Positions 19,209 through 28,441 are shown, counted from the first letter of the stretch. The stretch: 59,105 nucleotides of DNA from an uncultured Gammaproteobacteria bacterium (GCA_964536975.1 CAZHYS010000004.1:10760-69864), one strand, 5' to 3'. Numbers and translations are program-made. The notes: a model not told the origin generated them from the sequence alone.

Positions 19209-20096
19209 ATGCCGAGAAAAGAAAATATAAATAAAAAAGAAGAATCATTATTGGCCGAAGATCGGGTTGTTCGTCGATCGGTTAGCAGCCAGAAGCCTCG
19301 AACTAGAGTGCCAAGGAAACCGGCAACCATCAGACGACCAGAAGATGTTGCTTTAGCCGCCAAAAATAGGATTTCTTCCCCGGGATTACCAATAAAAAGA
19401 GAAGCATTCGATTATCGTGATAGCAAGAAAGTTAGGGGCGGACGTAATATCTTTATAATACCTGTTTTGATTTTAGTGATAGTCATCTTAGCGGGAGTCT
19501 TAGTGATACAGAATTGCGATAAATGTCTGGACTTAGTTGAAAACGGTCAAGGTAATAATTTTGAGAACTATCAGATTCCTCTCGGTATTCAGGTCAACAA
19601 CGAACAAGCCGCCGATCCGACTGCCGGCTGGTCAGTATTTGAAGAAAAACAAAAAAGATTTCAGTTTAAATACCCGGCCGCATGGAATGTTTCGGAAAGC
19701 GACGGAGGCATTTCCATTGCCACTGACTTGGCAACAACCACGGTTTTGATTGTAGCCGATAAGACAGACAAAAATTTAACTGACTATCTCAAGGATATTG
19801 ATACTAAAAGAAAAGAACAATCGGAAGTAAAAAAGGAGGCGCCTCTGACATTTGGCGATTCCCAAGGGTTATTAAGGCAGGAACGCCTTATTGGTTCTCA
19901 ATACGATCAGGTCAATGCTTTTTTGCCGGTAAAAGAAGGAATCCTTCTCATTTCCTTGACCACCCCTCAAATTACCGAAGAGATTTCCAATACTTATAAT
20001 TTATTTTTGAATAATTTCCAGCTTAATTCCGATTATCAGTTGCTCCAAGCGGTAAATAGCACCACCACAGCCACTACTACTACGCCACAATCATAA
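19209..20096 (+). CDS. Bitopic membrane protein: basic N-terminus, one TM helix, external PsbP/DcrB-like domain
   Basis: TM segment IFIIPVLILVIVILAGVLVI; motif TAGWSVF...RFQFKYPAAWNV. Confidence 0.7.
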   Translation: MPRKENINKKEESLLAEDRVVRRSVSSQKPRTRVPRKPATIRRPEDVALAAKNRISSPGLPIKREAFDYRDSKKVRGGRNIFIIPVLILVIVILAGVLVIQNCDKCLDLVENGQGNNFENYQIPLGIQVNNEQAADPTAGWSVFEEKQKRFQFKYPAAWNVSESDGGISIATDLATTTVLIVADKTDKNLTDYLKDIDTKRKEQSEVKKEAPLTFGDSQGLLRQERLIGSQYDQVNAFLPVKEGILLISLTTPQITEEISNTYNLFLNNFQLNSDYQLLQAVNSTTTATTTTPQS

Positions 20097-20118
20097 ATTA
20101 ATCTAAAGAACCAAATAT

Positions 20119-21324
20119 ATGCCAGAAGTAAAACCGGATATTGAAACCTTTGCCAAAATAAAAGTAGTTGGAGTTGGCGGGTCGGGCGGTTCAGCTGTCA
20201 ATAGGATGATCGCCTCCAAAATAAGAGGAGTAGAATTTATCGCTATTAATACTGATGTCCAGGCGCTTCATAATAACAATGCCAAACATAAATTGCATAT
20301 CGGCCAGGCGACCACTAGGGGCTTAGGGGCTGGCATGAATCCGGAGGTAGGTCTTCAGGCGGCTCAGGAAAGCATTAATGATTTGAGAGACCTACTAAAA
20401 GGGGCGGATATGGTTTTTATTACTTGCGGCCTAGGCGGCGGCACCGGCACCGGAGCATCGCCGGTGGTGGCTCAGGTTGCCAAGGAGCTGGGCGCGCTGG
20501 TAGTGGCGGTGGTTACCAAACCTTTTTCTTTTGAGGGGGTACAAAGATCAAACATTGCCGAAGCCGGATTTGAGGAATTAAAAGACAGGGTGGATACGAT
20601 TATTACCATTCCCAATGATAAAATTCTCCACATAATAGATAAAAAAACTTCGCTTCTTGACGCCTTCAAAACTGTGGATGATGTCTTAAAACAGGGTGTT
20701 CAGGGCATTTCCGAACTCATTACCATTCCGGCGTTGATTAACTTGGATTTTGCCGATGTGAAAGCGATTATGCAAGGAGCCGGCTCGGCACTTATGGGAA
20801 TCGGCGAGGCCAGCGGTGAGAATCGCACCATGGCTGCCGCCAAAATGGCCATATCTTCACCTTTATTGGATATTTCCATTGATGGAGCCAAAGGAATCCT
20901 ATTTATTGTTGTTGGCGGTCCGAATTTAACTATGAACGAAGTAAATGAAGCCGCCAGTGTTATCACGGAAAGCGTTGATACTAACGCCAAAATTATTTTT
21001 GGCGTAGCAATTGATGAGACAATGAAGGATAATGTCAAAATCACAGTCGTTGCTACCGGTTTTGGCGGTCAGGACATAAAACCGACCGGAATGTCTTTTA
21101 GCGAGCCTAAATATTCAATGAACCGCCTTTTCTCCAAAAAGAGCATAGAAACAAAGATAGAGGAGGCGAAGAGCGATAAAATCGAGAAAAAAGAAGTGGA
21201 AATAATAGACAATGAAGCTTCCGTTATTAATATCCCAACTATAAAATCCCGCCCGCCAAGAGATCTGCCTGAAGAGGAAGAGGACTTGGAAATCCCCGCT
21301 TTTATCAGAAAGAAGATGAAATAA
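20119..21324 (+). CDS. ftsZ: Cell division protein FtsZ
   Basis: [11 protein letters not shown], tubulin signature GGGTGTG, INLDFAD, and C-terminal peptide LEIPAFIR. Confidence 0.99.
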   Translation: MPEVKPDIETFAKIKVVGVGGSGGSAVNRMIASKIRGVEFIAINTDVQALHNNNAKHKLHIGQATTRGLGAGMNPEVGLQAAQESINDLRDLLKGADMVFITCGLGGGTGTGASPVVAQVAKELGALVVAVVTKPFSFEGVQRSNIAEAGFEELKDRVDTIITIPNDKILHIIDKKTSLLDAFKTVDDVLKQGVQGISELITIPALINLDFADVKAIMQGAGSALMGIGEASGENRTMAAAKMAISSPLLDISIDGAKGILFIVVGGPNLTMNEVNEAASVITESVDTNAKIIFGVAIDETMKDNVKITVVATGFGGQDIKPTGMSFSEPKYSMNRLFSKKSIETKIEEAKSDKIEKKEVEIIDNEASVINIPTIKSRPPRDLPEEEEDLEIPAFIRKKMK

Positions 21325-21337
21325 TATAATCCCATTG

Positions 21338-21364
21338 ACGTCCCGAGCAATCGGGACGTTTTTT
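21338..21364 (+). terminator. Intrinsic terminator after ftsZ
   Basis: 9-bp stem acgtcccga/tcgggacgt, GCAA tetraloop, T-run. Confidence 0.85.
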
Positions 21365-21371
21365 ATCCACA
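21363..21371 (+). promoter_or_regulatory. Perfect DnaA box upstream of the nrdD promoter
   Basis: TTATCCACA about 50 bp upstream of the -35 element. Confidence 0.4.
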
Positions 21372-21423
21372 ATGGCCGATAGTGGTGACAAGAAAAGCGA
21401 TTTTTTCCTTTAAAATCAGGACT

Positions 21424-21453
21424 TTGACAGTTTTTGTCGTGGGGGAGTATAAT
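21424..21453 (+). promoter_or_regulatory. Consensus sigma70 promoter for nrdD operon
   Basis: TTGACA (21424-21429), 18 nt spacer, TATAAT (21448-21453). Confidence 0.75.
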
Positions 21454-21573
21454 AAGGTTATCCTGTTTTTAGGCGAGGGTAGATCTAAGAATTCTGAATT
21501 TTAAAATATTAGATTATAATTCAGTTTCTGGGTCTATTTTTTGTCACCATAAAGACATAAAAGAGCTTTTTAT

Positions 21574-23619
21574 ATGGAAAACCAAATCAAGCAAATCAGA
21601 AAAAGAGACGGCAGTATCGCTGATTTCGATCAGGGTAAAATCGCTCAGGCAATTTATAAATCTTTAAAGGCGGTCGGGCGCGACGATACAGTATTGGCGG
21701 ACAGTATTTCAGAGAAAGTGGTCAAAGCCCTCAATAACAAATTCCACCCTCGCTCCATTCCGGCCATTGAAGAGATTCAGGACATGGTAGAGGAGACGCT
21801 TATCAGAGAAGACCTGGTAAAAGCGGCCAAGGCTTATATTATTTACCGCGAACAGCATGCCCGGTTAAGAGATCTCAAAAAATTGCTTGATTCTAATGAT
21901 ATTATAGAAGGATATTTGAAACAGCTGGATTGGCGGGTCAAAGAAAATGCTAACATGACCTATTCTTTGCAGGGCTTGAATAATCATGTTGCCTCGGCGG
22001 TCAGTTCCAATTATTGGTTAAATAAAATCTATCCGCCGGAAATAAGGGATGCCCATGTTGATGGATCTTTGCATATTCATGATTTACAGCTTTTGGCGGT
22101 TTATTGTTGCGGTTGGGATTTACAAGCGCTTTTGCGGCTTGGTTTTGGCGGAGTTGACGGCAAGGTCACCAGCAAGCCGGCTAAACACCTTCGGGTGGCA
22201 CTCGGCCATGTAGTAAATTTTTTTTACACTCTGCAAGGAGAGGCGGCCGGCGCTCAAGCTTTTGCTAATTTTGACACATTGCTGGCGCCATTTGTCCGTC
22301 GTGATAATCTGGATTATAACTCGGTCAAGCAGGCAATGCAGGAGTTTATTTTTAATATGAATGTCCCGACTCGCGTCGGATTCCAGACTCCCTTTACTAA
22401 TTTGACCTTTGATTTGATTTGTCCCAGCACCTTAGCCGATGAGTCGGTAATTATCGGTGGCATTCCTCAAAAAGAAACCTACAAAGAATTTCAGCCGGAA
22501 ATGGATATGATTAACCGCGCCTTTGCCGAAGTAATGATGGAGGGCGACGCCAAGGGTCGGGTTTTCACTTTTCCCATTCCAACTTATAATATTTCTAAAG
22601 ATTTCTCCTGGGACAATAAGATATTGGATCCGATTTGGGAAATGACCGCCAAATATGGCATCCCTTATTTCGCCAACTTTGTTAATAGCGACATGAAAGC
22701 CGAAGATGCTCGCAGTATGTGTTGCCGTCTTCGCCTGGATAATCGTGAATTGCGAAAACGGGGGGGTGGAATGTTTGCCGCCAATCCAATGACTGGATCA
22801 ATTGGTGTAGTAACTATAAATTTGCCGCGAATCGGTTATTTGTCCAAGACTAAGGACGCCTTCTTCAACCGGTTGGGACAAGCAATGGACTTGGGTCGGC
22901 AGAGTTTGAAATTAAAACGGGAAATTTTGGAGAGTTTTACCGAACAAGGACTTTATCCGTACAGTAAATTCTACCTCAAAGATATTAAAGATCGTTTTGG
23001 CGAGTATTGGAAAAATCATTTTAATACCATTGGCATCAATGGCATGAATGAGGCACTGTTGAATTTTATGGGTCGGCCGATTAGCACGCAGGAAGGCCAG
23101 GAGTTCGCCTTAAAGATAATGGATTACATGCTTGTTCGCTTGGGCAAATATCAAGAAGAAGACAATCAGCTCTATAATTTGGAAGCAACGCCGGCCGAGG
23201 GAGCGACTTACCGTTTTGCCAAAAAGGATAAAGAATTATACCCGGATGTTATTGTCGCCAATGAAGAAGTTTATCAGGAGAATGGCGCCGCGCCTTATTA
23301 CACGAATTCCACTCATTTGCCGGTTGGGTTCTCTGATGATATTTTTGATGTTTTGGAAAAACAAGATCCTCTGCAAATAAAATATACCGGCGGCACTGTT
23401 ATTCATGGATTTCTCGGAGAAAAAATGCCTGACGTGGAGAGCACTAAAAGTCTGGTCAAAAAAATAGCGGAAAATTTCCGTTTGCCGTATTATACTTTGA
23501 CCCCGACGTTTTCTATCTGTCCGAAGCACGGATATATTTCCGGTGAACATACCTTTTGTCCGCTGTGCGATGACGAAGTCGGTTTCATCCGCGAGCAAGA
23601 GGAGAAACTGCCTTTATAA
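21574..23619 (+). CDS. nrdD: Class III (anaerobic) ribonucleoside-triphosphate reductase, catalytic chain with ATP-cone, lacking the glycyl-radical tail
   Basis: N-terminal ATP cone IRKRDGSIADFDQGKI; KENAN..YS, LHIHDL, YCCGW, SMCCRLRLD, GSIGVVTINLPR, EATPAEG, YTGGT; Zn site CPKH...CPLC. No RxxGY motif. Confidence 0.95.
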   Translation: MENQIKQIRKRDGSIADFDQGKIAQAIYKSLKAVGRDDTVLADSISEKVVKALNNKFHPRSIPAIEEIQDMVEETLIREDLVKAAKAYIIYREQHARLRDLKKLLDSNDIIEGYLKQLDWRVKENANMTYSLQGLNNHVASAVSSNYWLNKIYPPEIRDAHVDGSLHIHDLQLLAVYCCGWDLQALLRLGFGGVDGKVTSKPAKHLRVALGHVVNFFYTLQGEAAGAQAFANFDTLLAPFVRRDNLDYNSVKQAMQEFIFNMNVPTRVGFQTPFTNLTFDLICPSTLADESVIIGGIPQKETYKEFQPEMDMINRAFAEVMMEGDAKGRVFTFPIPTYNISKDFSWDNKILDPIWEMTAKYGIPYFANFVNSDMKAEDARSMCCRLRLDNRELRKRGGGMFAANPMTGSIGVVTINLPRIGYLSKTKDAFFNRLGQAMDLGRQSLKLKREILESFTEQGLYPYSKFYLKDIKDRFGEYWKNHFNTIGINGMNEALLNFMGRPISTQEGQEFALKIMDYMLVRLGKYQEEDNQLYNLEATPAEGATYRFAKKDKELYPDVIVANEEVYQENGAAPYYTNSTHLPVGFSDDIFDVLEKQDPLQIKYTGGTVIHGFLGEKMPDVESTKSLVKKIAENFRLPYYTLTPTFSICPKHGYISGEHTFCPLCDDEVGFIREQEEKLPL

Positions 23620-23642
23620 GATTAATTAATTATCTTATTCAT

Positions 23643-23795
23643 ATGGAAGGAGACAACACCAAGTCCAAAAGACAGCGTTGCGAAGTATATTCGCGCGTAG
23701 TCGGTTATTTGCGGCCGGTCGACCAATTCAATCCCGGCAAACAATCCGAGTATTATGATCGGAAGACTTATCGGGTCAATAATGGTTTGGCTTAA
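23643..23795 (+). CDS. Stand-alone NrdD glycyl-radical domain, 50 aa (not in ORF track)
   Basis: Hand translation: MEGDNTKSKRQRCEVYSRVVGYLRPVDQFNPGKQSEYYDRKTYRVNNGLA*. This is the NrdD C-terminal RVVGY glycyl-radical motif. Confidence 0.92.
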   Translation: MEGDNTKSKRQRCEVYSRVVGYLRPVDQFNPGKQSEYYDRKTYRVNNGLA

Positions 23796-23807
23796 ATTGT
23801 TCGCTCT

Positions 23808-24500
23808 ATGGAAATTGGAGGACTCCAACCGGTAACTTTATTGGATTATCCGCAAAAAGTGGCAGCGATAATTTTTACACAAGGTTGTAATATGCGCTGT
23901 CCTTTTTGTTATAATCCGAATTTGGTTTTGACCGAATCAGTCAAAATTCCGACTTTTAATTATCGGGAGGTTTTGAAATTTTTGAAGAAAAGAAAAAAGT
24001 ACTTGGATGCCGTTGTAGTCACTGGCGGCGAGCCGACGGTTCAGCCTGATTTGCTGAAATTTTTGAGCCGGATGAAAAAAATCGGCTATCTTATCAAGTT
24101 GGATACCAACGGCCTCAATTCTCGGCTTTTGGAAAAAATAATCTCCGATCGGCTGGCTGATTATCTGGCCATGGATATAAAAGGCCCGTTTAATGATTAT
24201 GGGAGATTCTGCGGCGTTGATGTTTTGCCAGAAAATATTATCAGAAGCGTCGCCCTTATTAAAAAAAGCGGTCTAAATTATGAGTTTCGTAGCACTCTGG
24301 TCAAAGGATTACACAGTAAAAAAGACATTTTGCAAATGGCCGCCGATCTCGGCCGGGTGAAAAAGTATTTTTTGCAAGACTTTTCCCCCGCGGAGCGCTT
24401 GGTCGGTCAGGATTTTACTGGACGCAAGTTCAGCCGCAAAGAAAAAGAAGAAATTTTAAAATTGGTTTCTGATAAAGTTGGCGATTGCCAGTGGCGGTAA
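23808..24500 (+). CDS. nrdG: Anaerobic RNR activating radical SAM enzyme
   Basis: SLLDYP-like LLDYP start, CNMRCPFC (CxxxCxxC), VVTGGEPT, KLDTNG; directly follows nrdD. Confidence 0.93.
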   Translation: MEIGGLQPVTLLDYPQKVAAIIFTQGCNMRCPFCYNPNLVLTESVKIPTFNYREVLKFLKKRKKYLDAVVVTGGEPTVQPDLLKFLSRMKKIGYLIKLDTNGLNSRLLEKIISDRLADYLAMDIKGPFNDYGRFCGVDVLPENIIRSVALIKKSGLNYEFRSTLVKGLHSKKDILQMAADLGRVKKYFLQDFSPAERLVGQDFTGRKFSRKEKEEILKLVSDKVGDCQWR

Positions 24501-24513
24501 TTTATTGTATAAT
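24485..24513 (+). promoter_or_regulatory. Sigma70-type promoter
   Basis: TTGCCA (24485-24490), 17 nt spacer, TATAAT (24508-24513). Confidence 0.6.
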
Positions 24514-24537
24514 TAAATCAAAAATTACACTATTTTT

Positions 24538-24885
24538 ATGGCTGAATATAGACCTGATTTTTTGGGAAAAATAGAAGAAGACATCCAATACGCCAAGGCG
24601 ACCGAGCACTTAGTCAAAGATCAGCGCGAGTCGCTGGAAAGATTATTGTCGGAAAATCTGAAGTATGCCAAAGCCATCTACGCCGACACGCAGAAAATCA
24701 GGCGGTTCATGTTCTGGCGGATGATTATTAATATTGTCTGGATTTTACTCATCATCGCCCCGATTATCGTCGCTTTTATTTTTTTACCCCCAGCCTTAAA
24801 TGATTTATATCAAAGCTATCAGAATTTATTGGGCGGCGCGCAAGGCGGTTTTGACTTGTTGGAGCAGATGAAGCAGCTGAAATAA
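24538..24885 (+). CDS. Hypothetical membrane protein (coiled coil plus one TM segment)
   Basis: LERLLSENL..coiled-coil region followed by hydrophobic IINIVWILLIIAPIIVAFIFL. Confidence 0.7.
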   Translation: MAEYRPDFLGKIEEDIQYAKATEHLVKDQRESLERLLSENLKYAKAIYADTQKIRRFMFWRMIINIVWILLIIAPIIVAFIFLPPALNDLYQSYQNLLGGAQGGFDLLEQMKQLK

Positions 24886-24898
24886 AGCGGTTATTTTT

Positions 24899-25988
24899 AT
24901 GAAGGAAATTATTTCTCAAATTAAGGATTTGCAACGGGCAATCTCTAGGAATTGGAGGTTGCTTTGATTTGGATCGTCAAAAAAACGAGATAGCAAAAAT
25001 CGAAACGCGGATCGCCCAGCCGGATTTTTGGACTGACCAGGATGAGGCCAGGCAAATCAGGAAGCGCTATGAGGATTTGAAATTTGAATTGGCGCAGTGG
25101 GAGAAACTAAAAGAAGGGGCGGATAATCTGGCGGAGCTAGCGGCGGCTGATTTTTTGGATGAACAGCTTGAGCGGGAAGTAGCCAGGGATTTTCAATTGC
25201 TGCAAAACCGGTTTTATCAGCTGGATTTTGCGGTTTTATTTTCCGCCACTCACGACAAGGAAAACGCCATTTTATCCATTCACGCCGGTACCGGCGGAGT
25301 TGACGCTCAAGATTGGGCGGAAATGCTTCTACGGATGTATCTGCGGTTCTGCGAACAGCATCAGCTTTTGACGCGGGTAATTGACCGTTCAGACGGCAGT
25401 GAAGCCGGAATCAAAAGCGTGACGATTGAAGTGGAAGGCCGTTACGCTTATGGCTGGCTGAAATCGGAGAACGGCGTTCATCGTTTGGTGAGAATATCGC
25501 CATTTGACGCGGAAAAAATGCGCCACACCTCTTTTGCTTTGGTGGAGGTTTTGCCGGAAATTGAAGATGTAGAGGTGGAAATCAAAGATGATGACTTGAA
25601 AGTGGAAGTGATGCGTGCCGGCGGACATGGCGGTCAAAGCGTCAATACCACCGACAGTGCGGTTAGAATAACTCATTTGCCGACCAAAATCAGCGTCAAA
25701 TGTCAGAACGAAAGATCCCAATTGCAAAACAAAAAAATGGCTTTGAAGATTTTAAAGTCAAAGCTACTCAAATATTACGAGGAGTCGGAAGCGAAAAAAG
25801 TAGAACAATTAAAAGGGGATTACCAACAAGCGCAGTGGGGCAATCAAGCCCGATCCTACGTCTTACAGCCGTACAAGCTGGTCAAAGATCACCGGACCGA
25901 CTACGAGACGGCTGATGTTGATCGAGTTTTGGACGGCGGCTTGGAAGACTTTATTGAAGATTATTTGCGTCAACAGATTAAAAAATAA
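24899..25988 (+). CDS. prfB: Peptide chain release factor 2, programmed +1 frameshift
   Basis: Frame-0 ORF ATG 24899 MKEIISQIKDLQRAISRNWRLL ends at CTT TGA (24962-24967). The +1 frame continues DLDRQK... with GGVDAQDWA, SPF and GGHGGQ. Confidence 0.96.
24954..24968 (+). promoter_or_regulatory. RF2 autoregulatory frameshift site
   Basis: GGAGG TTG CTT TGA T: an internal SD 3 nt before the slippery CTT-TGA, as in the canonical prfB site. Confidence 0.93.
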
Positions 25989-26003
25989 TTTATTTCCGAA
26001 TCA

Positions 26004-27512
26004 ATGATTCGGTCGCTGGATAAATTCGTCGGTTCTCGGTCGCAATTTTTTTGGGGATCGCTAGTCGCTTTTATTTGCGGTGTCGCTGTCGGCTTCTATC
26101 AGCCGATCGGACACTTTTTTATTTTTTGCGCGACTTTGTCCCTATCCAGCGGGTTAATTTTTTTCTGGCGCAGCAAGAAAACGCGGGTAATTATCATTTT
26201 GGCATTGTTTTTTCTTTCTGGCGTCTGGCGATTTCAGTTAAGCCGTCCCGATTTCAGCGCCGAGACGAAAATTTATCATTACAACGGCCAGATGGTTGAG
26301 TTTTCGGCGCTGATAAAAAACGTTGATCGCCGGATTAATAGCCAGAAGATTACTTTGCAAGCCAAGTCGCTCTCGGTTGCCAGCGGCCAAAAAGATGCGA
26401 ATGGAAATGTGTTAGCGACTATTGGCTTATACCCGCGGTATTATCGCGGCCAGACGATTCAGCTTAAATGCCGGCTGTTGGCGCCGGAAAAATACGAAGA
26501 ATTCGACTATCCCCGTTACTTGTCGCGCTATCAGATTTACTCTCTATGCTATCGGCCGGAAATCACTTTGCTCGGCCAGAATCAATTAAGCCAGGGGGTT
26601 TACTTGGCGCTGGACAGATTTTACGGACGATTTAATTCTTCCATTCCCGATCCGCCCGCTTCAATTTTGTCGGCGATGATTTTCGGACTTCGGCAAGGAA
26701 TTCCCGACGACATTTCCGAGGATTTTTCCCGAACGGGCATCAGCCATATCATTTCCATCTCCGGCATGCACATTGTCATTATCCTAATGATTATTAATTT
26801 TATTTTGATTGGCTGCGGCTTTGTCCGCCAGCGCGCTTTTTGGCTGGCAGTGGCGGCGATTTCAGTTTATATAATATTTATCGGCGCCCCCGCTTCGGCG
26901 GTTCGCTCGGCGATAATGGGTGTGTTGCTACTACTATCGGCGCAGATCGGCCGATTGAATTACTCTTCCAACGCTCTGGTTTTTGCCGCCTTTGTTATGA
27001 TTTTATTCAATCCTTGGCTGTTGATCGCGGACATCGGTTTTCAACTGTCTTTTCTTGCTTCTGCCGGAATCATCTATTTTCACCCCTTTTTCAAGAATAA
27101 ATTCCGAAAGATCGGAGAAAAGACTTTTCTCGGCCTGGCTGATATTTTGAGCGTCACCGTATCGGCTCAATTAATGACTTTGCCTCTTATCATTTTTTAT
27201 TTCGGCGGGTTTTCTCCGATCAGTCTGTTGGCCAATCTGCTCATTCTGCCTTTTATTCCGCTGATGATGATTTTGGGCTTGGTTAATTCTTTGGTCTCTT
27301 TGGCGTCATTGACTTTGGGCCGGTTGTTCGGGGTGTTCAGCTGGCTGGCGACGGAGTATATGGTCTTGATGTCAAATTGGCTGTCAAAAATTCCCGGCGG
27401 CTATGTCACGTTGGGCGGAATGAATTTTATCCTGATGCTGGCCGGCTATTTTTTGTTGGTTTGTTTTATCTTTAAAATAAAAAGGGCGCAAATCAATGTT
27501 GATAAATTTTAA
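26004..27512 (+). CDS. comEC: ComEC/Rec2 competence protein, membrane and OB part
   Basis: Multiple TM helices; GISHIISISGMHI, SAVRSAIM, NP..L.ADIGFQLSF, SAQLMTLP, LLANLLILP. Confidence 0.93.
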   Translation: MIRSLDKFVGSRSQFFWGSLVAFICGVAVGFYQPIGHFFIFCATLSLSSGLIFFWRSKKTRVIIILALFFLSGVWRFQLSRPDFSAETKIYHYNGQMVEFSALIKNVDRRINSQKITLQAKSLSVASGQKDANGNVLATIGLYPRYYRGQTIQLKCRLLAPEKYEEFDYPRYLSRYQIYSLCYRPEITLLGQNQLSQGVYLALDRFYGRFNSSIPDPPASILSAMIFGLRQGIPDDISEDFSRTGISHIISISGMHIVIILMIINFILIGCGFVRQRAFWLAVAAISVYIIFIGAPASAVRSAIMGVLLLLSAQIGRLNYSSNALVFAAFVMILFNPWLLIADIGFQLSFLASAGIIYFHPFFKNKFRKIGEKTFLGLADILSVTVSAQLMTLPLIIFYFGGFSPISLLANLLILPFIPLMMILGLVNSLVSLASLTLGRLFGVFSWLATEYMVLMSNWLSKIPGGYVTLGGMNFILMLAGYFLLVCFIFKIKRAQINVDKF

Positions 27513-28374
27513 AAAAATAGCCATCTGGCTTTTGTTCGGCCTGCTTTTTGTCGTGACAGTTTGGGTGGACGATTTTTCTCGCCGGCGGGTTCTGTCCGGT
27601 TTTGATGATGCCGCGGCTATAATGTCAGTTTATTTTTTTGATGTCGGCCAAGGCGACGCGATTTTAATCCGGACGCCGGCGGGCGATGATATTTTGATTG
27701 ACGGCGGTCCGGATGATACAGTAGTGAAAAAACTCGGTCAATATTTGCCCTTAGGTGATTGGCAAATAGAATATTTGATATTGACTCATCCGGACAGTGA
27801 TCATGTCACCGGATTGGTAGAGACAGCCAAGAGGTATGACATCGGAACATTTATTATGTCCGGCCAAGCCGATGAAGCGTCAGCCTATCAAGAGCTTTTG
27901 GCCGTTGTCAAAGATAAAAAGATTCCCACCAAGCTCATCGTTGGGCCGGAGGAAATCGATTTTGGAGGAGGAGTCACTATGCGATTTTTCAATCCAACGG
28001 AAGATGTCTCGGGAAAAATACTCCATAATACCAACGACGCGTCTTTGGCTGGCCGCCTCGTTTTTGCCTCCACTTCCGTAATGCTGACCGGCGATCTGGA
28101 AAAAGAGGAAGAGTTTGCCGCCGATAGCCAAGGACTGAAGTCGGACATTTACAAGGCCGGCCATCATGGCGCTATTAATGCTAATGACGCGGAATTCACT
28201 AAGGCGGTCGCTCCGGATTATGCGGTCATTTCTGTCGGTTTGGATAATCCTTACGGCCACCCCGCTTATCGGACATTGAAGAATTTATCGGATATCGGAG
28301 CGGAAATATTCCGAACCGATCAGGATGGAGATGTGGTTTTTTATACTGACGGCGAAAAAATTTTGACCGAATAA
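27496..28374 (+). CDS. ComEC-type metallo-beta-lactamase-fold hydrolase (separately encoded)
   Basis: FFDVGQGDAILI, ILIDGGP, THPDSDHVTG, NDAS, MLTGD, KAGHHG, NPYGHP; overlaps the comEC end by 17 nt. Confidence 0.92.
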   Translation: MLINFKKIAIWLLFGLLFVVTVWVDDFSRRRVLSGFDDAAAIMSVYFFDVGQGDAILIRTPAGDDILIDGGPDDTVVKKLGQYLPLGDWQIEYLILTHPDSDHVTGLVETAKRYDIGTFIMSGQADEASAYQELLAVVKDKKIPTKLIVGPEEIDFGGGVTMRFFNPTEDVSGKILHNTNDASLAGRLVFASTSVMLTGDLEKEEEFAADSQGLKSDIYKAGHHGAINANDAEFTKAVAPDYAVISVGLDNPYGHPAYRTLKNLSDIGAEIFRTDQDGDVVFYTDGEKILTE

Positions 28375-28380
28375 GCGGGC

Positions 28381-28409
28381 TTGTCGGCTTTGCTTTATTT
28401 TGCTAAAAT
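28381..28409 (+). promoter_or_regulatory. Sigma70-type promoter
   Basis: TTGTCG, 17 nt spacer, extended -10 TGcTAAAAT (28401-28409). Confidence 0.5.
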
Positions 28410-28441
28410 GATTTTGACTTTTAAATATTAATTGTTAAATT

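Noticed and set aside
21365-21390. NrdR box upstream of nrdD (cacaatggccgatagtg)
   Set aside because: Spacing and centre do not fit the 16-bp NrdR palindrome.
23600-23650. nrdD as a pseudogene or sequencing frameshift
   Set aside because: There is a clean stop, an AT-rich spacer, a new ATG and extra non-homologous residues on both sides, and all catalytic motifs are intact. Read-level confirmation is still desirable.
23622-23828. 68-aa minus-strand ORF between nrdD and nrdG
   Set aside because: It is antisense to the real 50-aa glycyl-radical gene (23643-23795).
24899-24970. prfB as truncated or pseudogene (track start TTG 24969)
   Set aside because: The canonical SD plus CTT-TGA programmed frameshift explains the break.
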